Origin: Candidatus Omnitrophota bacterium
GTDB lineage: Bacteria > Omnitrophota > Gorgyraeia > Zapsychrales > Zapsychraceae
DNA: 64,000 nt
Direction of reading: 5' to 3'
Assembly: GCA_016214285.1 (NCBI GenBank)
Contig: JACROV010000079.1
Coordinates: forward strand, 6,855 to 70,854
Shown one piece after another: positions 18,638 to 28,887 of the stretch. The notes under the pieces were generated by a model. That model saw nothing but the letters and a program-made list of their open reading frames with translations, made no database searches and was not told the DNA's origin. Positions within the stretch are counted from its first letter, which is position 1. Each line of letters opens with the position of its first letter. The position numbers and the translations under genes were made by a program.

Positions 18638-20154
18638 AGACTCCATTTTACGTCACAACTCCTATCTATTACGTCAACGATAATCCACACATCGGGCACG
18701 CGTACACGACGATCCTTGCTGATGTTTTGGCGCGTTACCACCGTAACGAGGGCGATGAAGTCTTTTTCCTGACGGGTCTGGATGAGCACGGGCAAAAGGT
18801 CCAGCAGGCGGCGCAGAAGCGTGGAGTTCCCGAGCAGCAGCATTGCGACGAGCTCGCGCCGCGGTTTTCCGACCTTTGGAAGAAGCTCGAGATCCAGAAC
18901 GACGATTTTATCCGCACCACCGAGCCGCGGCATATCAAGGCCGTCCAGGCCGCGCTGCAGAAAGTGTATGACGCGGGGGACGTTTATACGGATGAATACG
19001 AAGGCTGGTACTCGGTCGCTGAGGAACGGTTCATCACCGATACCGAGAAAGATTCCGGACATTTCCGCGACGTTAAAAAACTAAAGGAGCGCAATTATTT
19101 CTTCAAGATGAGCAAATATCAGCAAAAGCTCATCGACTATATCAACGCCCATCCGGAATTTATCCAGCCCGAACATCGCAAGAATGAGGTCTTGGGATTT
19201 TTACGCCAGCCGCTGGGGGACCTGTGCATCTCGCGTCCCAAATCGCGCATGGGCTGGGGCATCGAGATTCCTTTTGATAAAGAGTATGTCACCTATGTCT
19301 GGTTCGACGCGCTGATCAATTACATCACGGCATCGGGATATTTGGTAGATGAGAAAGAATTCAAGAAGTGGTGGCCGGCGTCGGTCCATTTGATCGGCAA
19401 AGACATTTTGACGACCCACGCGGTGTACTGGCCGACGATGCTTTTTTCATTGGGGCTGCCGCTGCCGAAAACCATCTTTGCCCACGGCTGGTGGCTCATC
19501 GGCGAAACGAAAATGAGCAAGTCGTTGGGGAATGTCGTTGATCCTTTAAGTTTGGTTGACCAATACGGCGTTGACCCGGTGCGCTATTACCTGATGCGCG
19601 AGATGGTCCTGGGGCAGGACGCCAATTTCACCATGGAATCGTTCATCAAACGCTACAACAGCGACCTGGCGAATGATTTCGGGAATCTTTTGAATCGTGT
19701 CAGTGGTCTTATTGGAAAATATTTTGACGGCTGCGTTCCCAAAGAAGGTCAGGCGTGGGCGCCGGATAAGGAGATCAGGAAGGTTGCCGACGGGCTGGCC
19801 AAGAATATCGAAGAGTTGATCAATGGCATGCGCGTCCACGAGGCCCTTGAACAGGTTTTGGTGTTGATCCGCAACACCAACGTGTATATGGAACACCAGG
19901 CGCCTTGGAAAGAGGCGAAAGAGAATTTGGAACGGGCGGGAACGATCCTTTATACAGCAACGGAGGCGCTGCGCGTCAGCGCGATTCTGCTTCTTCCGGT
20001 TATGCCCGCGAAGGCGAATACGGTTTTAGAGATTTTAGGAGCGGTGGGGACAGAGCCGTGCTGGGGGCAGCTCAAGGCCGGGGCAAAATTACAAAGCCAC
20101 GACGCGCTTTTCCCGCGATTAGACGCTGAAGGCAAGGTTATAACTAAGAGTTGA
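18634..20154 (+). CDS. metG: Methionine--tRNA ligase (short form)
   Basis: HIGH motif (PHIGHAYT), KMSKS, connective-peptide zinc-knuckle region and an anticodon-binding domain. No C-terminal EMAP domain. Confidence 0.95.
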   Translation: [506 protein letters not shown]

Positions 20155-20232
20155 GGTCACAAAGTCACCCGGTCACAACGTCACCAGTATTTTTTACCTG
20201 TGACTTTGTGTCTTTGTGACATGGTGACCACT
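20155..20232. promoter_or_regulatory. Long imperfect palindrome built from GTCAC half-sites downstream of metG
   Basis: ggtcacaaagtcacccggtcacaacgtcacc ... cctgtgactttgtgtctttgtgacatggtgacc. It may act as a bidirectional terminator and/or an operator upstream of mtnA. Confidence 0.45.
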
Positions 20233-20246
20233 TCGAAAGTATTATT

Positions 20247-21329
20247 ATGTCTATTCAAACGATCAGTTGGGTCAACGGTCACGTCAAGCTCATCGACCAG
20301 ACCAAACTTCCCGGGAAATTGGTTTACATCCATTGCCGCGACGTCAAGACACTGTGGCAGGCGATCCGGCGTTTGAGTGTCCGCGGCGCGCCGGCCCTTG
20401 GCGTGGCGGCGGCGTTCGGAGTTTTACTGGGGATCAAATCTTTTTCCGGTTCCGGTTCCCGTTCCAGGAACCGGAACGACCGGAAACATTTTAGCAAGCA
20501 TGTGGATCAGATAAGCGATTATATCGCCGCCTCGCGCCCGACGGCGGTGAATCTTTTTAATGCTCTGGCGAGGATGAAACAGGTTGTCCATCGTCACCCT
20601 GACGCAAGCGTTGGCGGACTGAGAAATCTTTTGAAAAAAGAGGCGCTGGCCATTTATGAGGAAGACCGCAAGCTTTGCCGGCGGATGGGAACCTTTGGCG
20701 CGCGCCTTATCCCGTCGGGTGCCAACCTTTTGACCATCTGCAATGCCGGCGCGCTGGCGGCCGTCGATTACGGCACCGCGTTAGGTGTCATGTACAGCGC
20801 CAAGGCGAAGGGCAAGAAATTCCAGGTTTACGCGTGCGAAACGCGGCCGCTTTTGCAGGGCGCGCGGCTGACGGTGTGGGAACTCTTGCGTTCGGGCATT
20901 GATACGACGTTGATTTGCGACAACATGGCCGCAACGTTGATGAAGCAGGGCAAGGTTGACGGGGTTTTTACCGGCGCTGACCGCATCGCCGCTAACGGAG
21001 ACACGGCAAACAAAATCGGGACGTACAACCTGGCCGTTTTGGCCAAACATCACCGGATCCCTTTTTACGTGGTCGCTCCCCGGTCGAGTTTTGATCTCTC
21101 CATCAAAAACGGCCGGCAGATCCCGATCGAACAAAGAAGCAAGGAAGAGGTCCTGGGTTTTGGCGGCTGCCCGACGGCGCCGCGGCAGGTGAAGGTGTAC
21201 AATCCCGCCTTTGATGTGACGGACAACAGGTTGATTGCGGCGATTGTGACGGAGAAAGGAATCATCCGCCAGCCGTTTGTGAAAAATATAAAGAGGGTCT
21301 TTGAACGGAGAAACCATTCCGGCGAATAA
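20247..21329 (+). CDS. mtnA: S-methyl-5-thioribose-1-phosphate isomerase
   Basis: eIF-2B/MtnA family motifs (ETRPLLQGARLTVWEL, DRIAANGDTANKIGTY). Contains a low-complexity insert SGSGSRSRNRNDRK encoded by a palindrome at 20443-20486. Confidence 0.85.
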   Translation: MSIQTISWVNGHVKLIDQTKLPGKLVYIHCRDVKTLWQAIRRLSVRGAPALGVAAAFGVLLGIKSFSGSGSRSRNRNDRKHFSKHVDQISDYIAASRPTAVNLFNALARMKQVVHRHPDASVGGLRNLLKKEALAIYEEDRKLCRRMGTFGARLIPSGANLLTICNAGALAAVDYGTALGVMYSAKAKGKKFQVYACETRPLLQGARLTVWELLRSGIDTTLICDNMAATLMKQGKVDGVFTGADRIAANGDTANKIGTYNLAVLAKHHRIPFYVVAPRSSFDLSIKNGRQIPIEQRSKEEVLGFGGCPTAPRQVKVYNPAFDVTDNRLIAAIVTEKGIIRQPFVKNIKRVFERRNHSGE

Positions 21330-21557
21330 GCCTTTCCGCCCAGATCCGCCATCGTTGTCATCCCGATCTCTCGTTCACTAAAACGTTCACTCAAGATTGG
21401 GATGACCGGTAACCTTTTGTTCGGGACAGTTTAGGCGTGTGGTATCAGGCGGGTGACCCGGAAGCGGGTTCCCTGCCGCCCGCAGCGATAAGCGAGGACG
21501 GGAGGGTGCCGCAGGGGCAGGACCCGCCGGTGGATTGAGAATAGTTTTATTAAAATT

Positions 21558-22451
21558 ATGTCTCTACGACTTTCCCAACTCGGCGAGTTCGGCCTCATTG
21601 ATCTTCTCAGGAAATATAAGGGAAGCGGCGCGGGCGTCATCAAGGGCATCGGCGATGACACGGCCGTCGTGCCGCTGGACGCTAAACGGTATCTCTTGCT
21701 GACGACGGACATGCTGATGGAAGGCGTGCATTTCGAACGCAAGACGCCACCACGCTTGATTGGGCGCAAGGCCTTGGCATGCAGTATCAGCGATATCGCG
21801 GCGATGGGAGGCAGGCCGCGCTACGCGCTTGTGTCTTTGGGCGTCCCGGGGAGTTTGTCCTGGGCGTTTGTCCGTGATCTGTATAAAGGCATGGACGCGC
21901 TGGCGCGCAAATTCGGCGTTGCCGTCGTCGGCGGGGACACCGTTAAAAGCGCCAGGCTCGTGATCAATGTCGCTCTTACGGGTGAGGTTAACAAGACTGA
22001 CGTAGTTTATCGAAGCGGCGCCCGGCCGGGTGATCTGATCTTTGTAACAGGGCCGGTGGGAAAATCTTTGTCCACGGGCTGGCATCTGAAATTCGCCCCG
22101 CGCGTAAAACAAGCGCGGTATTTGGTTGAGCATATCAAACCGACATCCATGACCGATATCTCCGACGGGCTGGCGGCGGATCTGGGGCACATTCTGGAAG
22201 AGAGTAAGGTCGGCGCTGTTCTGGATGAGAAGAAAATCCCGCGGCGCGCCGGTGCTAATTTGCGCCAGGCGCTTTATGACGGGGAAGATTTCGAGCTTTT
22301 GTTTACAGTTCCTCGTCGCAAGGCCGCCTTATTAAGAAGGAACAAATTTTATCTCATTGGCGAGATCGTCCCATGGTCTAAGGGATTGTTATTACGGGAT
22401 AAAAACCAGCGGTTAACGAAGATTAATATTCAGGGATATACACACTTTTAA
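21558..22451 (+). CDS. thiL: Thiamine-monophosphate kinase
   Basis: AIR-synthase-related N- and C-terminal domains (GDDTAV, LLTTDMLMEGVHF). Confidence 0.85.
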   Translation: MSLRLSQLGEFGLIDLLRKYKGSGAGVIKGIGDDTAVVPLDAKRYLLLTTDMLMEGVHFERKTPPRLIGRKALACSISDIAAMGGRPRYALVSLGVPGSLSWAFVRDLYKGMDALARKFGVAVVGGDTVKSARLVINVALTGEVNKTDVVYRSGARPGDLIFVTGPVGKSLSTGWHLKFAPRVKQARYLVEHIKPTSMTDISDGLAADLGHILEESKVGAVLDEKKIPRRAGANLRQALYDGEDFELLFTVPRRKAALLRRNKFYLIGEIVPWSKGLLLRDKNQRLTKINIQGYTHF

Positions 22452-22921
22452 TGAAAAGCGTCGCTATATTGTCGAAGAGTACGGATCAGACCATCAAGGT
22501 GGGCGAGCGGCTGGCCAAGCATTTGAAAAAAGGGGACATCGTGTGCCTTCAGGGCGATCTGGGCGCGGGCAAGACGACCTTCATTAAAGGCGTTGCTAAA
22601 GGCTTAAAGATCGCTCCGTCCAAGGTCAACAGCCCGACGTTCGTTCTGATGAACGCGTATCATGGGCGCCTGCCGCTTTACCATTTTGATCTTTACCGTC
22701 TCGAAGATACGGGAGAGATCGGGGCCATCGGATATGAGGAATTTTTGTATGGCGACGGAGTGTCGGTCATCGAATGGGCTGAACGTCTGGGGCCGCTGAC
22801 CCCGAAGGAATATTTGCGCGTTGAATTAAAACATAAAAGCGAAAATGAACGTTCGATCAAACTTGCGGCGGTTGGAGAAAAGTATTGTCGAATTACGAGA
22901 GGACTGGTTAATGGTAAATAG
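22451..22921 (+). CDS. tsaE: tRNA threonylcarbamoyladenosine biosynthesis ATPase TsaE
   Basis: YjeE family. P-loop GDLGAGKTTFIKG. Confidence 0.9.
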   Translation: MKSVAILSKSTDQTIKVGERLAKHLKKGDIVCLQGDLGAGKTTFIKGVAKGLKIAPSKVNSPTFVLMNAYHGRLPLYHFDLYRLEDTGEIGAIGYEEFLYGDGVSVIEWAERLGPLTPKEYLRVELKHKSENERSIKLAAVGEKYCRITRGLVNGK

Positions 22922-22969
22922 TGAATGGTAAATGGGGCCATTTACTATCCACCATTAACTATTAACCGT
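22906..22969. repeat. TGGTAAA(T)-repeat inverted-repeat hairpin
   Basis: ggttaatggtaaatagtgaatggtaaatggggccatttactatccaccattaactattaacc. A similar architecture lies at 54123-54225. Confidence 0.55.
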
Positions 22970-22972
22970 TTT

Positions 22973-23716
22973 ATGAATATCTTAGCCATTGATACGTCCA
23001 GCAAGCATTTCAGCCTCGCGGTCGCGAAGGATGGGAAGACGCTGTGTTACCGCGGCATCTTGCTCAAAAAGGTTCTCTCCGATTCGATTATGCCCGCGAT
23101 TCAGGGGATATTAAAAAAGGCGGGGCTGACACTTGCCAAACTTGATGGGTTTGCCGTCGGGCTTGGGCCGGGGTCGTTTACCAGCCTGCGCGTCGGGCTT
23201 TCGACCGTCAAGGGGTCGGCCTTCGCGCTTAAAAAGCCGGTTGTGGGCGTTCCCAGCCTGGATGTCCTGGCGCTCGACATTACGGGTGACGGACAGGTTT
23301 GTGTTGTGTGCGATGCCAAACGAAATATGGTCTACGCCTGCCTTTATCAAAAGAAAGTAGACGTATTAAAAAGAAAGAGCAAATATTTGTTAACGGATAT
23401 TCAAAATGTGTTAAAACAAATAAAAGGCGATGTCACCTTTATCGGTGACGGCGTGCCGCTTTTTCGTGAGACAATTGAAAAGGCCGCTGGGATAAAAGCG
23501 CGCTTTGCCGGCGAAAAACAAATGTACCCGCAGGCCAAGCATCTGGCAGCCTTGACCTTGAAACGGTTTGAATCGAAAGAATACGACGCGGCGGAGAGTT
23601 TGGTTCCGTTGTACCTGTATCCCGAAGATTGCCAAGTGCAGAAGAGAAGTCCTTCGACAAGCTCAGGATCCCTCGAGAAGGAGTCCCGAGCGAAGTCGAG
23701 GAAAAAGTGGGAGTAG
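22973..23716 (+). CDS. tsaB: tRNA threonylcarbamoyladenosine biosynthesis protein TsaB (YeaZ)
   Basis: Start MNILAIDTSS. Inactive Kae1/YgjD-like fold. The listed ORF begins at 22925 inside the hairpin. Confidence 0.85.
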   Translation: MNILAIDTSSKHFSLAVAKDGKTLCYRGILLKKVLSDSIMPAIQGILKKAGLTLAKLDGFAVGLGPGSFTSLRVGLSTVKGSAFALKKPVVGVPSLDVLALDITGDGQVCVVCDAKRNMVYACLYQKKVDVLKRKSKYLLTDIQNVLKQIKGDVTFIGDGVPLFRETIEKAAGIKARFAGEKQMYPQAKHLAALTLKRFESKEYDAAESLVPLYLYPEDCQVQKRSPSTSSGSLEKESRAKSRKKWE

Positions 23717-23770
23717 AGAGTGGATAGTTATGATATACTTTGCTTAAGCAATTAAGAGCAAGGAGGAGCC

Positions 23771-23971
23771 ATGATAAAAATTAGAGAGTTGGAGAAGGGC
23801 GTGTTAAGCCTGCCGGATAAATACTTTGCCCGGTTCAGGGCCTGGTTTCATAAACTTGAGGCGGAAAGATGGGACAAGCAGTTTGAACAAGATGCCGCCT
23901 CCGGCAAACTGGAGCATCTGGCCGTCAAAGCACGCCAGGATTTCGCAAAAGGAAAATGTAAAGAGTTATGA
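23771..23971 (+). CDS. Putative antitoxin (66 aa) of the RelE/ParE module
   Basis: Small gene whose stop overlaps the start of the toxin gene by 4 nt. Confidence 0.5.
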   Translation: MIKIRELEKGVLSLPDKYFARFRAWFHKLEAERWDKQFEQDAASGKLEHLAVKARQDFAKGKCKEL

Positions 23972-24222
23972 GGCATTTTGCCGATCCTTCTTTTTGGAAT
24001 TGTTATCGTAGACTCCCCAAGCATATACGGCAACTGGCCGACAAGAATTTTGTACTCCTCAAAGAAAATCCTCACCATACGTCCCTGCACTTGAAAAAAG
24101 TCCGTAAGTACTGGTCGGTCAGAATCGGCATCAAATATCGGGCTTTGGGCGTTGAAGTCGCGGGAGGAGTGGTGTGGTCCTGGATAGGCACGCATGCGGA
24201 GTATGGCAAGCTGGTGAAATAG
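23968..24222 (+). CDS. RelE/ParE-family type II toxin
   Basis: ParE/RelE fold signature ...WSVRIGIKYRALGVEV..VVWSWIGTHAEY. Confidence 0.7.
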   Translation: MRHFADPSFWNCYRRLPKHIRQLADKNFVLLKENPHHTSLHLKKVRKYWSVRIGIKYRALGVEVAGGVVWSWIGTHAEYGKLVK

Positions 24223-24294
24223 CAATTCCCGCCCGTGGGCGGGAATTCGAATTAACGCCGGCCGATACCAATTGACAGAGGGCAAATTAAGAAA

Positions 24295-25446
24295 ATGAAT
24301 AAACATTTAACTTGGGCACAGATTGATTTAAGCGCCATCCGGCATAATTTTCGGGTGCTACAACGGCTGGCGGGAATACCCACGGCAACACCCGGTGTTG
24401 CCGCGGGTTCGGGGAAAGTGAAAATCCTCGCCGTCATCAAGGCGGACGCGTACGGCCACGGGATGCTGGTCGCGAAGGTTCTCGTTAAAGAGAAGGTGGA
24501 TTTTATCGGGCTATCGAATCTGACCGAAGGGATCGCTTTACGCGAGGCAGGCATCAAAACGCCGGTCCTTTTGTTTGAAACGACCCTCGCTGAACAAGCC
24601 CAAAATATTATTGACTACGAGCTGACCCCGACGATATGCACGCATGAATTGGCCGCGGCGTTGAACCGCTACGCGCAGAAACGTAAGCGCGTGGTGGATA
24701 TCCACGTCAAGGTCGATACCGGCATGGGGCGCCTGGGCGTCTGGCATGAAGAGGCTTTGGATTTTATAAAGAAATTAAGCCGTCTGCGGAATTTGCGGGT
24801 CCAGGGGATCTGCACCCATTTCCCGTCGGCGGATACGGACCAGGCGTTCACGCGCCGTCAGATCAGAGATCTGGAGAATTTAGTTTCGCGGCTTAAAGCC
24901 GGAGGGCTTCATGCTCTTTACGTCCACGCGGCCAACAGCATGGGGCTGGTTGGATATCCGAACAAGATTTTGAATCTCGCGCGGCCGGGATTGATGCTCT
25001 ACGGCCTGTATCCGCGTCCGGGATTGGAAGAGAAAGTCAATTTGCGCCCGGCGATGAGTATCCATTCGAAGATCATCTTTTTAAAGCGCATTGAAAAGGG
25101 AAGAAGCATCAGTTACGGCCGGACGTTTATCGCCTCGCGGCCTATGACGGTCGCGACCTTGCCGATCGGTTACAGCGATGGATATCTGCGCGGACTCTCC
25201 GGCAAGGCGGACGTTCTTGTCGGCGGCCAGCGTTGTCCGGTTCTGGGCCGTGTCACCATGGACCAGATCGTTGTTGATGTTTCCAAGATTAAAAATCCTC
25301 GGCTGGGGATGCCGGTTGTCATTTTAGGAAAGCAAGGGAAAGAGGAAGTCTGCGCTTATGAGCTCGCCCAACTCGTCCGTACGATCAATTACGAGATCGT
25401 CTGCAGCCTCGGGAGCCGCTTGCCGAGGTTGTATAAAAAAGCTTGA
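24295..25446 (+). CDS. alr: Alanine racemase
   Basis: PLP-lysine motif VIKADAYGHG and a C-terminal beta domain. Carries an in-frame 21-bp palindrome insertion (TATPGVA) at 24383-24403. Confidence 0.9.
   Translation: MNKHLTWAQIDLSAIRHNFRVLQRLAGIPTATPGVAAGSGKVKILAVIKADAYGHGMLVAKVLVKEKVDFIGLSNLTEGIALREAGIKTPVLLFETTLAEQAQNIIDYELTPTICTHELAAALNRYAQKRKRVVDIHVKVDTGMGRLGVWHEEALDFIKKLSRLRNLRVQGICTHFPSADTDQAFTRRQIRDLENLVSRLKAGGLHALYVHAANSMGLVGYPNKILNLARPGLMLYGLYPRPGLEEKVNLRPAMSIHSKIIFLKRIEKGRSISYGRTFIASRPMTVATLPIGYSDGYLRGLSGKADVLVGGQRCPVLGRVTMDQIVVDVSKIKNPRLGMPVVILGKQGKEEVCAYELAQLVRTINYEIVCSLGSRLPRLYKKA
24383..24403. repeat. Family E palindrome copy 2, in-frame inside alr
   Basis: cggcaacacccggtgttgccg encodes ..TATPGVA.. 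. The alr N-terminal linker is about 8 aa longer than in E. coli Alr at this position. Confidence 0.75.
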
Positions 25447-25480
25447 TATTTCGATAGTATGCTATAATCTCTCCCGTCAA

Positions 25481-27307
<1,827 letters not shown>

Positions 27308-27315
27308 ATGGCCTT

Positions 27316-27380
27316 AAGGGCAGTAAGGGGCAGTAAGGGCAGTAAGGGAACGGTGTGTTAGGAACGGTGTGTTAGGAACG
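27316..27380 (+). repeat. Tandem direct repeats (gggcagtaag x3, then aacggtgtgttagg x2 plus a partial unit)
   Basis: aagggcagtaaggggcagtaagggcagtaaggg aacggtgtgttagg aacggtgtgttagg aacggtgttgaca. The last unit overlaps the -35 box. Confidence 0.7.
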
Positions 27381-27383
27381 GTG

Positions 27384-27412
27384 TTGACAACGGGTAGCAG
27401 AGCGTATATACT
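27384..27412 (+). promoter_or_regulatory. Near-consensus sigma70 promoter (TTGACA-N17-TATACT)
   Basis: TTGACA at 27384-27389, a 17-nt spacer, TATACT at 27407-27412. Confidence 0.6.
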
Positions 27413-27418
27413 TATATT

Positions 27419-27508
27419 GTTTTAGTAAATATTTGAAAGTGGCGGCGTAGCTACTACAATTCAAAAGGCAATGGAGCCCTGAACCGGAAACGGTTCAGGG
27501 CTTTTTCT
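27419..27508 (+). ncRNA. Candidate ~90-nt sRNA or transcription attenuator, promoter to intrinsic terminator
   Basis: Predicted transcription start about 7 nt after the -10 box. Terminator hairpin agccctgaaccggaaacggttcagggct plus TTTTTCT at 27476-27508. The PAS-LuxR CDS begins about 35 nt downstream. Confidence 0.4.
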
Positions 27509-27542
27509 GCGTCTTTTGGCGCAGGCAGATAACTTTCAACCC

Positions 27543-28391
27543 ATGACGATGAACACACGACAAGATCTTTTGATGGCCGATGAAGCGTTCTTGCGGGATT
27601 TCTTCGAGAACTCGCCGGTTGGGTTTCATGTCTTCGGGCCGGATAAGATCATCAGGGCGGTCAACCAGGCCGAGCTGGATATCCTGGGATACCGACGCGA
27701 GGAGATCATCGGACGCAAGAAATGGTCGGATTTGATCGTCCCCGAACAGCGCGCGCAGTTCGAGCGGCATTGGAAGGACATATCCACCATCGGCAGGGTG
27801 ACCAATTTGCGTTATACGTTGCAGACCAAGACAGGTGCCAAGGTCGATGTGATCCTCAATGCCTCGGCGCGTTTTAACCGCGCCGGTGAATTGCTCAATA
27901 CCCGTGGGACCATTTTGGATGTCCGGCATCTGAAGCAGGCGCGCCGTTCCGGGAAATCCGGCGTGCGCGAGAAAACGGTGCTGGAACAACACAATCAGGC
28001 GCTTAGCGTCCTGCTGGCCAATATTGAAGTCGAGAAGGAAACCCTGAAGAAAAATATCATGACCAATTTGGAACAGCTGATCCTGCCGGTTCTAAGAAAA
28101 CTTAAACGCCGCGGGAGCCAGCTGGACCAGCGCTATTTGGAACTTTTGGAGCGGAATTTCCTGGGGCTGACTTCCTCGCTCGGCATGAAATTGGTCAATC
28201 CGCGGTGGAAGTTGACTGCACGCGAGATCGAGGTCTGCGGCATGATCAAAAACGGCCTGGCCACCAAAACGATCGCCGACATGCTGTGCGTGTCGCAGCG
28301 CACCGTCGAGCACCACCGCAACCATATCCGTAAAAAACTTGGGGTAACCCGAATCGGGATCAATCTTAACAGCTATTTACAATCATTGTGA
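27543..28391 (+). CDS. PAS domain / LuxR-type HTH transcriptional regulator
   Basis: N-terminal PAS domain and C-terminal LuxR HTH (LTAREIEVCGMIKNGLATKTIADMLCVSQRTVEHHRNHIRKKLG). The start is uncertain; the listed ORF begins at TTG 27516. Confidence 0.75.
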   Translation: MTMNTRQDLLMADEAFLRDFFENSPVGFHVFGPDKIIRAVNQAELDILGYRREEIIGRKKWSDLIVPEQRAQFERHWKDISTIGRVTNLRYTLQTKTGAKVDVILNASARFNRAGELLNTRGTILDVRHLKQARRSGKSGVREKTVLEQHNQALSVLLANIEVEKETLKKNIMTNLEQLILPVLRKLKRRGSQLDQRYLELLERNFLGLTSSLGMKLVNPRWKLTAREIEVCGMIKNGLATKTIADMLCVSQRTVEHHRNHIRKKLGVTRIGINLNSYLQSL

Positions 28392-28674
28392 AGGGCTACC
28401 TATGGAACTAAGTATTTTATACGTGGTTAGCCGGAAACGTAAATTGCAGCGGATGATCATCCTCGTCGAGACCGCGAGCGATCACAGGCCCCCGGTGGGC
28501 GATTGGGGGCGCAGGATCGTATTCCTGTCGACGGAGAACGTGAGATTTGTCGGCATCGAGAAATAGGTATTGACGCTCACGCGGGATGGGGTAAACTTGA
28601 AACGTAAGATCTTTGAGGGACGGCAAGGAAGCTTTCCTTCAAGAGAAGTTCGCCGGAGAAACTTTAGGACACAG

Positions 28675-28708
28675 AAGCCCTGAACCAGAACATGGTCCAG
28701 GGTTTTTT
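28675..28708 (+). terminator. Rho-independent terminator
   Basis: gccctgaaccagaacatggtccaggg followed by TTTTTT. Confidence 0.65.
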
Positions 28709-28795
28709 ATTCGCCGCAGTGGCGGCGAATAACCCCCCAGCGCTTGATTTATCCCGAAATATCAAGATCTCCGGGATGAATCAGCTGGGGTGAGC
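28707..28795 (+). repeat. Post-terminator repeat element, family B copy 2
   Basis: ttattcgccgcagtggcggcgaataacccccc agcgcttgatttatcccgaaatatcaagatctccgggatgaatcagctgggg. Matches 13990-14075. Confidence 0.6.
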
Positions 28796-28887
28796 ATATA
28801 GGCGCAGAAGCCCAACATCTGTAATCAGATGTCGGGCTTTTTTTGATCCATTTACCTTCATATCGCATAAACAGAAAAATGGATCAA

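Noticed and set aside
21330-21557. There could be a TPP riboswitch upstream of thiL.
   Set aside because: No CUGAGA/ACCUGAUCUGGAUAAUGCCAGCG-type TPP core is present. The region is reported only as a GC-rich structured segment.
25444-25470. Possible TTGATA...TATAAT promoter before the ABC-F gene.
   Set aside because: The spacer is only 14 nt.
28402-28566. 54-aa plus-strand ORF (MELSILYVVSRKRKLQRMIILVETASDHRPPVGDWGRRIVFLSTENVRFVGIEK) and a 69-aa antisense ORF after the LuxR gene.
   Set aside because: There is no RBS or motif support. It is possibly a real small protein, but the evidence is insufficient.
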